Both the position numbers and the translations under genes were made by a program. A model generated the notes under the pieces. It worked only from the letters and a program-made list of their open reading frames with translations. It was not told where the DNA came from and did no database searches. Positions 1 through 9,320 of a stretch of DNA of 57,563 bases are shown piece after piece. Position 1 is the stretch's first letter. Every line of letters starts with the position of its first letter. The stretch comes from an uncultured Planctomycetales bacterium. GTDB lineage: Bacteria; Omnitrophota; Gorgyraeia; Gygaellales; Profunditerraquicolaceae. Where the stretch lies: contig CAZJFL010000002.1 in assembly GCA_964545575.1 (NCBI GenBank), forward strand, positions 1 to 57,563. The letters run 5' to 3'.

Positions 1-1133
1 TAATGCGCGCGGATTTTAATGTCCCGCAGGACGCCAATTTAGCTATTACTGACGACACACGTATCAGGGCGACATTGCCCACTATAAAGTATATTTTAGA
101 CAACGGCGCCAAAAAACTTATTTTAATGAGCCATCTGGGCAGGCCCGACGGAAAAGTAGTGGCAAAATATAGCCTGGAGCCCGTGGCGCAAAGGCTAAAG
201 GAGCTATTAGGCGAACCGGTAAAGTTCTTAAGCGATTGCGTAGGGGATAATATCAAGAAAGAAATCGATGCGGCTAAAGATCGGGTAGTGCTGTTAGAAA
301 ACTTAAGGTTTCATCCTGAAGAAGAAGCTAATGACCCGGGTTTTTCTAAGCAGCTTGCTTCTTTAGGCGAGATTTACGTTAACGATGCCTTTGGCACGGC
401 GCACCGAGCCCATGCCTCTACTGAGGGTGTAGCGCATTATTTAAAAGGGGTATCAGGTTTTCTTCTGGAGAAGGAAATTCAGTACCTGGGCAATGCCGTA
501 GAGAAACCGCAAAAGCCGTTTATGGTCATTTTAGGAGGCGCTAAAGTTTCCGATAAGATAGGCGTGATTGAAAACCTGCTGCCTAAATGCGACGCTATTT
601 TAATCGGCGGGGGGATGGCTTATACCTTTCTTAAGGCGCGGGGTTTGGCTATCGGAAACTCAAAATTGGAAAAAGATAAACTGGACCTGGCAAAATCTAT
701 TCTGGATAAAGCCAAGGCGCTAAAGAAAGATATCCTGCTTCCCGTAGATAACCTGGTGGTGGATAACATTGACGCCAATGCTAAGACAGAGGTAGTGGGA
801 GAAAATATCCCCGACGGAAAAATTGCCGTGGATATCGGGCCCCAGACTATAAAACTGTTTGAAGAAAAGTTAAAATCTGCTAAAACCATTGTCTGGAACG
901 GCCCCTTAGGCATTTTTGAGATGGACGCTTTTAGTAAAGGGACGCAGGAGTTAGCTAAGTTTATAGGGGCACTCCAGGCCACCACCATTATCGGTGGAGG
1001 CGATACGGCGGCGGCAATAGCTAAATTTAAATTAGAAGATAAAATGACGCATATTTCTACCGGCGGAGGCGCCAGCCTCGAGTTCCTGGAGGGCAAAGTT
1101 CTGCCAGGCGTTGCTGCGTTAGCGGATAAATAA
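1..1133 (+). CDS. pgk: phosphoglycerate kinase (5' end truncated by window edge)
   Basis: ORF is open to the window start. Product has PGK hallmarks ([33 protein letters not shown]). tpiA follows directly. Confidence 0.95.
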   Translation, partial: MRADFNVPQDANLAITDDTRIRATLPTIKYILDNGAKKLILMSHLGRPDGKVVAKYSLEPVAQRLKELLGEPVKFLSDCVGDNIKKEIDAAKDRVVLLENLRFHPEEEANDPGFSKQLASLGEIYVNDAFGTAHRAHASTEGVAHYLKGVSGFLLEKEIQYLGNAVEKPQKPFMVILGGAKVSDKIGVIENLLPKCDAILIGGGMAYTFLKARGLAIGNSKLEKDKLDLAKSILDKAKALKKDILLPVDNLVVDNIDANAKTEVVGENIPDGKIAVDIGPQTIKLFEEKLKSAKTIVWNGPLGIFEMDAFSKGTQELAKFIGALQATTIIGGGDTAAAIAKFKLEDKMTHISTGGGASLEFLEGKVLPGVAALADK

Positions 1134-1134
1134 A

Positions 1135-1905
1135 ATGAGGAAGACGATTATTGCCGGAAACTGGAAGATGTATAAAACTATAGCCGAGGCTATAGAATTA
1201 GCTAATGGCCTGAAGCGCCAGTTATTCTCTTTAGAAGATGCCGTGGATATAGTTATCTGTCCGCCTTTTACCGCGTTAAGCGAAGTAGCCGAAGTGATCG
1301 CTGAATCCAATATCCAATTAGGAGCACAGGATGTTCATTGGCAGGAGGAGGGCGCTTTTACCGGAGAATTATCCTGTAAGATGCTTGAAGACGCCGGTTG
1401 CAAATTTGTGATTATCGGGCACTCCGAGCGCAGGCAATATTTTTCTGAAACCAATGAAAGCGTAAATAAGAAGGCAAGAGCGGTTTTAAAATCCGGCCTC
1501 ACTCCTATTATCTGCGTAGGTGAAACCCTGGCGGAAAGAGAGAAAGGGCTTACCTTTAAAGTATTAGATGACCATATCCAGAACGGCTTAAAAGATATCG
1601 CTGGTGAGGAGATTTTAAAAGTAGTCATTGCCTATGAGCCGGTTTGGGCTATCGGTACCGGTAAAACTGCCACCCCCCAACAGGCAGAGGAAGCGCAAAA
1701 ATATATTCGGGATTTATTAACCAAGATGTATAATAAAGAGACGGCAGAAGAGCTACGGATACAATACGGGGGAAGCGTGAAGCCGGAAAATATTACCGAG
1801 CTGATGCGCCAGCCTAATATCGACGGCGCACTGGTGGGGGGTGCGAGCCTGGCAATAGAAACCTTCTCGGTAATAGTCAAAAAAGCAAGCGAGGTTATAA
1901 AATGA
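1135..1905 (+). CDS. tpiA: triosephosphate isomerase
   Basis: AGNWKM, IIGHSERR and AYEPVWAIGTGKTA motifs. Only a 1-nt gap after pgk. Confidence 0.95.
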   Translation: MRKTIIAGNWKMYKTIAEAIELANGLKRQLFSLEDAVDIVICPPFTALSEVAEVIAESNIQLGAQDVHWQEEGAFTGELSCKMLEDAGCKFVIIGHSERRQYFSETNESVNKKARAVLKSGLTPIICVGETLAEREKGLTFKVLDDHIQNGLKDIAGEEILKVVIAYEPVWAIGTGKTATPQQAEEAQKYIRDLLTKMYNKETAEELRIQYGGSVKPENITELMRQPNIDGALVGGASLAIETFSVIVKKASEVIK

Positions 1906-2243
1906 CGGGATTAATTATCGGCATACATGTGGCTATTTGCGCGTTACTCATTGTGATTATCCTGATTCAGGCTGGCCGCGGCGGGGGTTTGGTAGAGGGT
2001 TTTTCCGGGGTAGAGTCGATGTTTGGCACTAAAACCAATGCTTTTCTCACGCGCATCACCACGGTGCTGGCTGCGTTCTTTTTTGTTACCTGCGTGTCTC
2101 TGGCATTACTTTCGGCAAGGCAGAGCCGTTCTTTAATGCGCAATATTAAGCCGGAGAATGCGCCCGGCGCCTCTTTGCCGTTAGGGGAAGGATCTTTGCC
2201 GCAAGAGCTACCTAAACAGGAAGCAGCACCCAAGGCTCCTTAA
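1902..2243 (+). CDS. secG: preprotein translocase subunit SecG
   Basis: Small membrane protein with an N-terminal TM helix followed by QAGRGGG. Overlaps tpiA by 4 nt; classical tpiA-secG order. Confidence 0.8.
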   Translation: MTGLIIGIHVAICALLIVIILIQAGRGGGLVEGFSGVESMFGTKTNAFLTRITTVLAAFFFVTCVSLALLSARQSRSLMRNIKPENAPGASLPLGEGSLPQELPKQEAAPKAP

Positions 2244-2282
2244 AAATATTTTCATGGGTAAAACCATAAGGTTATCGCAAAG

Positions 2283-2309
2283 CTGCCGTTTTAAAACGGC
2301 AGTTTTTTT
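2283..2309 (+). terminator. rho-independent terminator after secG
   Basis: CTGCCGTTTT/AAAACGGCAG perfect stem followed by a run of seven T. Confidence 0.8.
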
Positions 2310-2321
2310 ATAGAGTTTGGT

Positions 2322-2368
2322 TTACTTATAGTTAATCATGATTACTTAAACTTACTTATATTTACTTT
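2322..2368 (+). repeat. phased TTACTTA direct repeats (four copies; the last three are tandem 10-mers)
   Basis: TTACTTA at 2322, 2342 and 2352, and TTACTTT at 2362. Spacings are 20, 10 and 10 nt, upstream of the MFS gene. Confidence 0.6.
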
Positions 2369-2401
2369 AAGATAGGGACACCCTTTCTGCTAATCGGGAG
2401 G

Positions 2402-3565
2402 GTGTCCCTAAAAGAGATGAAGAATAAAAAATTATTCTGGGTTTTTGTTTTAAGCAGCGCTATTTATTTTACCCAAGGCATAGAAGGCCTTCCTTCTCAA
2501 GGCTTATTCTATTATTTTAAGGAAGCGCTTGGCCTGTCTCCCGAAAAAATAATGGTTATCTCCAGTATTATCATGGGGGCCTGGCTGGTAAAGCCGTTGA
2601 TCGGCTATGTGATCGATAATTTCTTCAGCAAGAAAATCTGGATATTTCTGGCTATAGCCTTTGATATATTGCTGGTATTTATCATCGGCCTGTTTCATTT
2701 ACCGCTTTTTATCCTTATCGCCATACTGATCCTTAATTCTACCAGCGCCGCATTCAGGGACGTCAGCGTTGACGGCATTATGTGCGTGGAGGGCAAAAAG
2801 TATAGCGCGACGGGTAGAATCCAGAGCATCCAATGGATCTCGATTTCTTTCTCAGGGCTGATTACCGGCATCGGCGGAGGTTACATCGCCCAAAGGTGGG
2901 GGTATCGGGCGGGATTCCTCTGGCTGCTGCCGTTTTATATCATCACCGCTCTGGCGGCGCATTTCTACAAAGAGGAGGGGAGCACCAAAAATTTGAATTC
3001 GGCTACTTTGGTTGTTGATTTAAAGAGATTATTCACCGATAAAAAATTGCTCCTCGTTTGCCTCTTTATTTTTCTTTATAAATATTCTCCGTCGTTCGGC
3101 ACCCCGCTCTGGTTCATACAAAGAGACACCTTTAAATGGAGCAAATTATGGATAGGCGTACTCGGTTCTATAGGCACGGTCTTTGAGATAACCGGCGCCA
3201 TCCTTTATTATAAATTCAGCACCAGAATCAACATTAAGAAATGGCTGTTCTGGTCTGTGTTCCTGGGAGCCGTAACGACCTTAAGCTACCTTTATTACAC
3301 GCCGCTCACAGCTGTGGCTTATAATATAATCTATAGCTTTATCGGGATGTTTATTTTTATTATGGTAATGGACTTTATGGCCCGCAGCACCCTAACCGGG
3401 CTGGAAGCGACTTCCTTTGCCCTGCTTTGCAGCGTCAGTAACCTGGCATTGGTATCCAGCAATCTTTCCGGGGCCTGGCTATTGCCGGTCCTGGGCCTGA
3501 AATGGCTGATTATTATCTCTGCGCTGACCAGCTTCCTCTGCCTGCCTCTGATTAAGAAGATTTAA
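2402..3565 (+). CDS. MFS transporter, folate-biopterin (BT1)-like
   Basis: About 12 predicted TM segments with a BT1-like N-terminus (QGLFYYFKEALGLS). The GTG at 2402 lies inside a hairpin stem; ATG 2417 (MKNKKLFW) is an alternative start. Confidence 0.7.
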   Translation: MSLKEMKNKKLFWVFVLSSAIYFTQGIEGLPSQGLFYYFKEALGLSPEKIMVISSIIMGAWLVKPLIGYVIDNFFSKKIWIFLAIAFDILLVFIIGLFHLPLFILIAILILNSTSAAFRDVSVDGIMCVEGKKYSATGRIQSIQWISISFSGLITGIGGGYIAQRWGYRAGFLWLLPFYIITALAAHFYKEEGSTKNLNSATLVVDLKRLFTDKKLLLVCLFIFLYKYSPSFGTPLWFIQRDTFKWSKLWIGVLGSIGTVFEITGAILYYKFSTRINIKKWLFWSVFLGAVTTLSYLYYTPLTAVAYNIIYSFIGMFIFIMVMDFMARSTLTGLEATSFALLCSVSNLALVSSNLSGAWLLPVLGLKWLIIISALTSFLCLPLIKKI

Positions 3566-3613
3566 GATGATTTGCCTTGCCTTTCCCCCGGTCCTCGTAT
3601 ATAATATAAAGCT

Positions 3614-4213
3614 ATGTTAACGATACTGAAGCCTTATCTTTTAAGTTTTATCCCGATATTCGTGGCAGTGGATGCCATCGGTAATATCCCGCTTTTTGTT
3701 TCTTTGGTAGAGGGTACCACCAAGAAACAAAAGGATAAGATAATTGTCGATTCGGTAACTACGGCTACGGTGGTGGCGATTCTCTTTATGTTCGTCGGAA
3801 AATGGGTTTTAAGCATACTGGGGATTACCATCCCTGATTTTCAAATCGCTGGAGGCCTGCTCTTATTTGTCATTGCGGTGCGGCTCCTGCTTCCCGGTAC
3901 GCAAAAAAGCCTTTTGTCCAACGGCCATGATAAGGATGTGGGCGTTTTTCCTTTAGGCACGCCTTTGATCACCGGCCCGGCAGTTTTAACCACTACTTTA
4001 ATCATGCTGGATAGTTTCGGCCTGACAGTTACCTTCGTATCTTTAGCGATTAATATGTTGATCGTTTGGCTTACTCTGGTTAAAGCAGATTCGATTATGC
4101 GCATTATGGGTTCCGGCGGCACCCGGGCCTTTGCCAAAATTATGTATATCCTGCTTGCCGCAATCGGAGTGATGATGGTCAGGCGCGGGATTGTCGGGGT
4201 ATTCCTGAAATGA
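3614..4213 (+). CDS. MarC family (UPF0056) integral membrane protein
   Basis: 199-aa polytopic protein. IPIFVAVDAIGNIPLF and PLGTPLITGPAVLTT are typical of MarC/SnatA. Confidence 0.8.
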   Translation: MLTILKPYLLSFIPIFVAVDAIGNIPLFVSLVEGTTKKQKDKIIVDSVTTATVVAILFMFVGKWVLSILGITIPDFQIAGGLLLFVIAVRLLLPGTQKSLLSNGHDKDVGVFPLGTPLITGPAVLTTTLIMLDSFGLTVTFVSLAINMLIVWLTLVKADSIMRIMGSGGTRAFAKIMYILLAAIGVMMVRRGIVGVFLK

Positions 4214-5436
4214 TGAAGAAAGTCTTAACTTTTATTATGGCCGGCGGCAAGGGCGAGCGTTTATGGCCCCTGACTAAAGACCGCACCAAGCCGGCGGTTC
4301 CTTTCGGCGGAATATACCGCGTCATCGATTTTACTTTAAGCAACTGTATTAATTCGGGGCTGCGCAGGATTTATGTGCTGACCCAGTATAAGTCCGCGTC
4401 TTTACAGCGCCACATCCGTTTAGGCTGGAATATCCTGCCTTCGGAGCTCGGTCAGTATATCGAGCTTTTGCCGGCGCAGCAGAGGGTAGGGGAGACCTGG
4501 TACCTGGGCACGGCAGACGCCATTTATCAGAATTTTTATGCCGCAGAAATGGAGCGGCCCGATGAGGTGCTTATTCTTGCCGGAGACCATATTTACAAAA
4601 TGAATTATTACACCATGATTGATTTCCACCGCCAAGAGGAGGCGGATCTGACCGTCGGGGTGGTCGAGATAGATAAAGAAAAAGCCAGGCAATTAGGGGT
4701 AGTAGAGGTAGATAACCGGGGCAGGGTAAAAGGATTCCAGGAAAAGCCGCTTAGCCCTAAAACAAAAGGCGATGATCTTGCCAAGGCCTATGCCTCGATG
4801 GGGATTTACGTTTTTAAGAGTACGGTGCTGGAGAAGGAGTTGATAGAGGATTCCCGTAAAAATAATTCCACCCATGATTTCGGCAAAGATATTATTCCGC
4901 AGATGCTTAAAAAAAACCTTAAGGTTGCGGCTTATAATTTCATCGATGAAAATAAAAAAGAAGCCAGATACTGGCGCGATATCGGGACAATCGATGCCTA
5001 TTACGAAGCAAATATGGACTTGATCACCGTTGACCCGGTGTTTAATCTTTATGACCAGGATTGGCCTATCCGGACTTATCAGGAACAGTTTCCTCCGGTA
5101 AAGACGGTTTTTTCCGGCGAAGAGATTGCCGGGCGCGTGGGGTTGGTGCTGGATTCTTTGGTCTCCAGCGGCTGCGTGGTCAGCGGCGGCCGGGTGCAGC
5201 GTTCGGTGCTTTCTCCCAACGTCAGGATCCATAGCTATTCCCAAATCCATGATTCTATACTCATGGAAGGGGTAAACGTCGGCAGGTACGCTAAAATAAA
5301 AAGGGCGATCATCGATAAGGACGTGGATATCCCGCAGGGGATGGTCATCGGTTATGATGCGGGAGAGGACAAAAAGAGGTTTCAGGTCAGTGAATCCGGC
5401 ATTGTGATTGTGGCCAAAGGCACGGAGATTAAGTAG
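4210..5436 (+). CDS. glgC: glucose-1-phosphate adenylyltransferase
   Basis: LAGGKGERLWPLT-type N-terminus (IMAGGKGERLWPLTKDRTKPAVPFGG), YLGTADA motif, and a C-terminal left-handed beta-helix region. Confidence 0.93.
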   Translation: MMKKVLTFIMAGGKGERLWPLTKDRTKPAVPFGGIYRVIDFTLSNCINSGLRRIYVLTQYKSASLQRHIRLGWNILPSELGQYIELLPAQQRVGETWYLGTADAIYQNFYAAEMERPDEVLILAGDHIYKMNYYTMIDFHRQEEADLTVGVVEIDKEKARQLGVVEVDNRGRVKGFQEKPLSPKTKGDDLAKAYASMGIYVFKSTVLEKELIEDSRKNNSTHDFGKDIIPQMLKKNLKVAAYNFIDENKKEARYWRDIGTIDAYYEANMDLITVDPVFNLYDQDWPIRTYQEQFPPVKTVFSGEEIAGRVGLVLDSLVSSGCVVSGGRVQRSVLSPNVRIHSYSQIHDSILMEGVNVGRYAKIKRAIIDKDVDIPQGMVIGYDAGEDKKRFQVSESGIVIVAKGTEIK

Positions 5437-5457
5437 GGGAACATAGTGCAGCTAGTA

Positions 5458-5484
5458 GGGTCTGTCCCCGAAGGGGACTGACCC
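5458..5484 (+). other. GC-rich hairpin downstream of glgC (possible terminator or RNA stabiliser, no U-tract)
   Basis: GGGTCTGTCCCC-GAA-GGGGACTGACCC: a 12-bp stem with one T-T mismatch and a GAA loop. Confidence 0.3.
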
Positions 5485-5518
5485 GCGACAAGATAAGTGT
5501 TGAACGGGAGATAAGCCG

Positions 5519-5968
5519 ATGATTCGCAAGGCCAGAATAAAAGATATAAAGCAAATACAGGCTTTAATTAATTCTTTCGCTAAACAGGATCTTATGCTGC
5601 CGCGTTCTTTAAATGAATTATATGAGCAGATCAGGGATTTCTGGGTAGCAGAGGAGCGTAATAGGGTGGTGGGATGTTCTGCGCTGCACATTTCCTGGGA
5701 TAATTTAGCCGAGATAAAATCCTTAGCCGTAGCTAAAAACAGGCAGAAAAGAGGCCTGGGAAGAGAGCTCGTCACTGCCTGTCTCAAGGAAGCCGGGGAT
5801 CTGGGGGTGGAAAAGATTTTTGTGCTCACTTATAAACCAGGTTATTTTAAGAGATTCGGCTTTAGAAGGATTAAACACGCAAACCTTCCCCACAAGATCT
5901 GGGCAGAATGCATCAATTGCTGTAAGTTTCCGGACTGCCAGGAAACCGCACTTCTAAAAATCTTGTAG
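5519..5968 (+). CDS. GNAT family N-acetyltransferase (short ArgA-like)
   Basis: Acetyl-CoA binding motif QKRGLGRELV. Overall similarity to short N-acetylglutamate-synthase-like GNATs. Confidence 0.8.
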   Translation: MIRKARIKDIKQIQALINSFAKQDLMLPRSLNELYEQIRDFWVAEERNRVVGCSALHISWDNLAEIKSLAVAKNRQKRGLGRELVTACLKEAGDLGVEKIFVLTYKPGYFKRFGFRRIKHANLPHKIWAECINCCKFPDCQETALLKIL

Positions 5969-6023
5969 AATATAATCCGCATGGTAAAATTTCGCGCGCA
6001 ATATACATAAAGGAGGCAAGAGC

Positions 6024-7175
6024 ATGGATTATTTATTGACCGATGAACAGAAGATGGTAAAAGAACTGGCGCGCAAGATCGCCGAGGAAAAAATCCGGCC
6101 GGTAGCGGCCATTTACGACCAGAGAGAAGAATACCCCTGGGAGATGATCAAAGTCATTGCCGACGCCGGGCTCTTCGGCTTATTCATACCGGAAGAATAC
6201 GGCGGAATGAGCGTAGGCGTGCTTAACCTTTGCATTGCCACCGAGGAGATGTCGCGTGCCTGCGGAGGTATCGCAGTATGCTATGCCGCTTCAGCGCTGG
6301 GGACGTTTCCGATAGTGCTTTTTGGCAGCGAAGAGCAGAAGAAAAAGTATCTTCCGGATTTAGCCAGCGGTAAAAAATTAGCTGCTTTTGCGGTTACCGA
6401 GCCGGAGGCAGGTTCTGATGCTTCGGCAATTACCACCAGCGCAAAAAAACAAGGGGATCATTACCTCTTAAACGGCCTGAAGCATTTTATCACCAACGGC
6501 GGGGAGGCCGAAATCTACGTCGTTATTGCTATGACTGATAAAACCAAGGGCGCCCGGGGCGCATCCGCTTTTATCGTCGAGAAAGGAACCCCCGGCTTTA
6601 CTTTCGGCAAGAAAGAGGATAAATTAGGGATACGTGCTTCTTCTACCCGTGAGCTTATCTTTACCGATTGTAAAGTTTCCAAAGAGAACCTATTGGTCAG
6701 AGAAGGCATGGGTTTTATCATAACTATGAAGGCCTTTGATATGTCGCGGCCGGGAGTAGCTGCCCAGGCATTGGGGATCGCTCAGGGGGCATTGGAGTTA
6801 GCGGTAAAATATGCTAAAGAAAGGCGCCAGTTCGGTAAATCTATCTCCGCTTTTCAGGGGATTCAGTGGATGATCGCGGATATGGCGACCCAAGTAGAGG
6901 CTGCGCGGGCTTTAGTATATGCCGCGGCAAGAATGGTAGATGCCGGGATTAAAGAAATAGGCAAAGAATCGGCGATGGCTAAGATGTACGCTTCGGATGT
7001 GGCGATGAAAGTTGCAATCGATGCGCTGCAGATATTCGGCGGATACGGCTATATGCGCGATTACCCGATAGAAAAATACGTGCGCGACGCTAAGATCACC
7101 CAGATTTACGAAGGCACGAATCAGATCCAGCGTAATATCATTGCGCTAGAAATAATCAAGGAATTGGCAAAATAG
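6024..7175 (+). CDS. acyl-CoA dehydrogenase (butyryl-CoA dehydrogenase-like)
   Basis: 383 aa with AFAVTEPEAGSDA, a C-terminal YEGTNQIQR catalytic region, and etfBA immediately downstream. Confidence 0.93.
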   Translation: MDYLLTDEQKMVKELARKIAEEKIRPVAAIYDQREEYPWEMIKVIADAGLFGLFIPEEYGGMSVGVLNLCIATEEMSRACGGIAVCYAASALGTFPIVLFGSEEQKKKYLPDLASGKKLAAFAVTEPEAGSDASAITTSAKKQGDHYLLNGLKHFITNGGEAEIYVVIAMTDKTKGARGASAFIVEKGTPGFTFGKKEDKLGIRASSTRELIFTDCKVSKENLLVREGMGFIITMKAFDMSRPGVAAQALGIAQGALELAVKYAKERRQFGKSISAFQGIQWMIADMATQVEAARALVYAAARMVDAGIKEIGKESAMAKMYASDVAMKVAIDALQIFGGYGYMRDYPIEKYVRDAKITQIYEGTNQIQRNIIALEIIKELAK

Positions 7176-7232
7176 TGTCAAAGTGTCAAAGTATCAGGTG
7201 TCATGACACTTTGACACCTGACACTTTGATAC
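7175..7232. repeat. hairpin built from tandem 8-nt units (GTGTCAAA / GTATCAGG)
   Basis: 7175-7188 is the perfect reverse complement of 7204-7217 (14 bp). A second register pairs 7183-7203 with 7212-7232. The element fills the acd-etfB spacer. Confidence 0.8.
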
Positions 7233-7248
7233 AAATACTAATTTTAAT

Positions 7249-8031
7249 ATGCACATTATAGTTTGCATCAAACAGGTCCCCGAGACTACCGAAGTGCGGA
7301 TTAATCCTGAAACTAACACCCTCATCCGCGAGGGGGTCAAGTCTATTATTAATCCTTTTGATATGTATGCTATCGAAGAAGCGGTGCGCCTGAAAGAGAA
7401 GTTCGGCGGCAAGAGCACGGTCATTACCATGGGGCCTCCCCAGGCAGAAGCAGCTTTAAGGGAAGCTGTATCTTTAGGGATGGACGAAGCGATATTGATC
7501 TCTGACCGCGCCTTTGCCGGAAGCGATACCTGGGCTACCAGCTACACTTTATCCGCAGCGATTAAAAAAATCGGGGCATTTGATTTGATTATCTGCGGTA
7601 AACAAGCCTCTGATGGCGATACCGCCCAGGTCGGCCCGGGCATTTCCACCCATTTAGATATCCCGCAGGTAACTTATGTGAAAAAAATAGAGGAAGTAAA
7701 GGAAAAGAGTATGCGCGTAGAAAGGATGCTAGAGGAGGGGTATGAAATTATCCAGACCCCGCTGCCGTGCTTACTTACCGTAGTCAAAGAAATCAATGAA
7801 CCGAGGCTGCCTTCGTTAAAAGGGATGCTACGCGCAAAATCCGCCCGGATCATTACCTGGGGACAAAAGGATCTTAATCTTAACCCGGAGCAGATAGGTT
7901 TATGCGGTTCCCCTACGCAGGTGATTAAAATCTTCACTCCCCCGCATCGTTTGGGAGGGCAGATCTTAAAAGGCGAAATCCCTGAGATCGTCAGCCAGCT
8001 GGTAGACTTACTCCGGCCGGAGGTGCCTTAA
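7249..8031 (+). CDS. etfB: electron transfer flavoprotein beta subunit
   Basis: MHIIVCIKQVPE N-terminus and a GKQASDGDTAQVGP motif. Confidence 0.92.
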   Translation: MHIIVCIKQVPETTEVRINPETNTLIREGVKSIINPFDMYAIEEAVRLKEKFGGKSTVITMGPPQAEAALREAVSLGMDEAILISDRAFAGSDTWATSYTLSAAIKKIGAFDLIICGKQASDGDTAQVGPGISTHLDIPQVTYVKKIEEVKEKSMRVERMLEEGYEIIQTPLPCLLTVVKEINEPRLPSLKGMLRAKSARIITWGQKDLNLNPEQIGLCGSPTQVIKIFTPPHRLGGQILKGEIPEIVSQLVDLLRPEVP

Positions 8032-8033
8032 CT

Positions 8034-9236
8034 ATGTCGATCCGGGTGATCATAGATAAATGTACCGGTTGTACCCTCTGTATAAAGGCCTGCCCTTTTG
8101 CCGCTATCAATATGATCGAGAAAAAGGCGGTCATCGATTTAAATAAGTGTACCCTCTGCGGCGCCTGTGTCCCGGCCTGTAAGTTCAAAGCCATTATTTT
8201 AGAAAAAACTCCGGTTAAATGCGAGACTCCGGATATTAAAGATTATCAGGGGATCTGGGTTTTTATTGAACAGAAAAGAGGAAAAGTCCAATCCGTCGCT
8301 TATGAGCTTTTAGGTAAAGCGCAGGAATTAGCCCGGAAGTTGAATTGCCAGGTCAGCGGCGTCTTCATCGGCAATAATTTAGAGGATCAGCTGGATGAAT
8401 TGATCTGGCAGGGAGCGGATAATATCTACCTGGTAGAAGCCCCGGAATTAGCCGAATTTCAGGATGAGCCTTACACGAATATCATCACGGAGCTAATTAA
8501 AAAACATAAGCCTGAGATTGTGCTTTGCGGGGCAACGGCTATAGGCCGTTCTCTGATTTCGCGCGTCGCGATTAATATAAAAGCGGGCCTTACCGCAGAT
8601 TGTACCGGCCTCGATATTGAGCCAGAAAAGAAGATACTTCTACAGACTAGGCCCGCCTTCGGCGGCAATATCATGGCTACCATTATCAGCCCCAACTACC
8701 GGCCGCAGATGGCTACGGTAAGGCACAAAGTAATGCCGCCGATGGAGCCGGATAAAAGGCGCAAAGGTAAAATTATCCGGGAAAGTTTTGGCCCTAAATT
8801 ATATTCTTCTCGCACTAATCTTCTGGATATCGTGGAAGAAGTGGAATCCCTGGTTAATCTTGCCGAGGCAGATATTATTGTCTCCGGAGGCAGGGGGATG
8901 GGCGGCCCGGGAAATTTTAAAATCTTAGAAGAGCTGGCGCATGCATTAGGGGCAGCAGTGGGTTCTTCGCGCGCGGCAGTAGATGCCGGCTGGATGCCTT
9001 ATTCGCATCAGGTGGGGCAGACCGGCAGGACCGTTGCCCCCAAAGTATATATTGCCTGCGGCATCTCCGGCCAGATTCAGCATTTAGTGGGCATGCAGTC
9101 TTCCAAGATCATCGTGGCCATCAACAAAGATCCGGATGCGCCGATTTTTAAAGTCGCTACCTACGGGGTAGTAGGGGACCTCTTTCAGGTAATTCCCGCC
9201 TTAACCAAACGCTTCCAAGAAGTGCTCAAAAAATAA
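8034..9236 (+). CDS. etfA: electron transfer flavoprotein alpha subunit with N-terminal 2x[4Fe-4S] ferredoxin domain
   Basis: N-terminus has CTGCTLCIKACP and CTLCGACVPAC cluster motifs, followed by a canonical EtfA/FixB body (SGGRGMG, ACGISGQIQH). Confidence 0.92.
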   Translation: MSIRVIIDKCTGCTLCIKACPFAAINMIEKKAVIDLNKCTLCGACVPACKFKAIILEKTPVKCETPDIKDYQGIWVFIEQKRGKVQSVAYELLGKAQELARKLNCQVSGVFIGNNLEDQLDELIWQGADNIYLVEAPELAEFQDEPYTNIITELIKKHKPEIVLCGATAIGRSLISRVAINIKAGLTADCTGLDIEPEKKILLQTRPAFGGNIMATIISPNYRPQMATVRHKVMPPMEPDKRRKGKIIRESFGPKLYSSRTNLLDIVEEVESLVNLAEADIIVSGGRGMGGPGNFKILEELAHALGAAVGSSRAAVDAGWMPYSHQVGQTGRTVAPKVYIACGISGQIQHLVGMQSSKIIVAINKDPDAPIFKVATYGVVGDLFQVIPALTKRFQEVLKK

Positions 9237-9270
9237 CAAGAAAGCCTTTTCTTTAAAGCAATAAATATCC

Positions 9271-9299
9271 TTGAAATCAGGAAAAATTTAAGATATATT
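9271..9299 (+). promoter_or_regulatory. sigma70-like promoter upstream of PilZ gene
   Basis: TTGAAA, 17-nt spacer, TATATT. Confidence 0.45.
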
Positions 9300-9320
9300 T
9301 ATGCTATAAGAGTTTAAGCG

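Noticed and set aside
2344-2359. A 16-nt identity (TACTTAAACTTACTTA) shared with 40959-40974, considered as evidence for two copies of one mobile element.
   Set aside because: A single 16-mer match in AT-rich, internally repetitive sequence within a roughly 58-kb window is close to what chance allows, and no extended similarity flanks it. I kept only the observation of phased TTACTT motifs.
4420-5250. Minus-strand ORFs of 90 and 185 aa overlapping glgC.
   Set aside because: The opposite-strand product is a full-length, motif-complete GlgC. The antisense translations have no recognisable domains.
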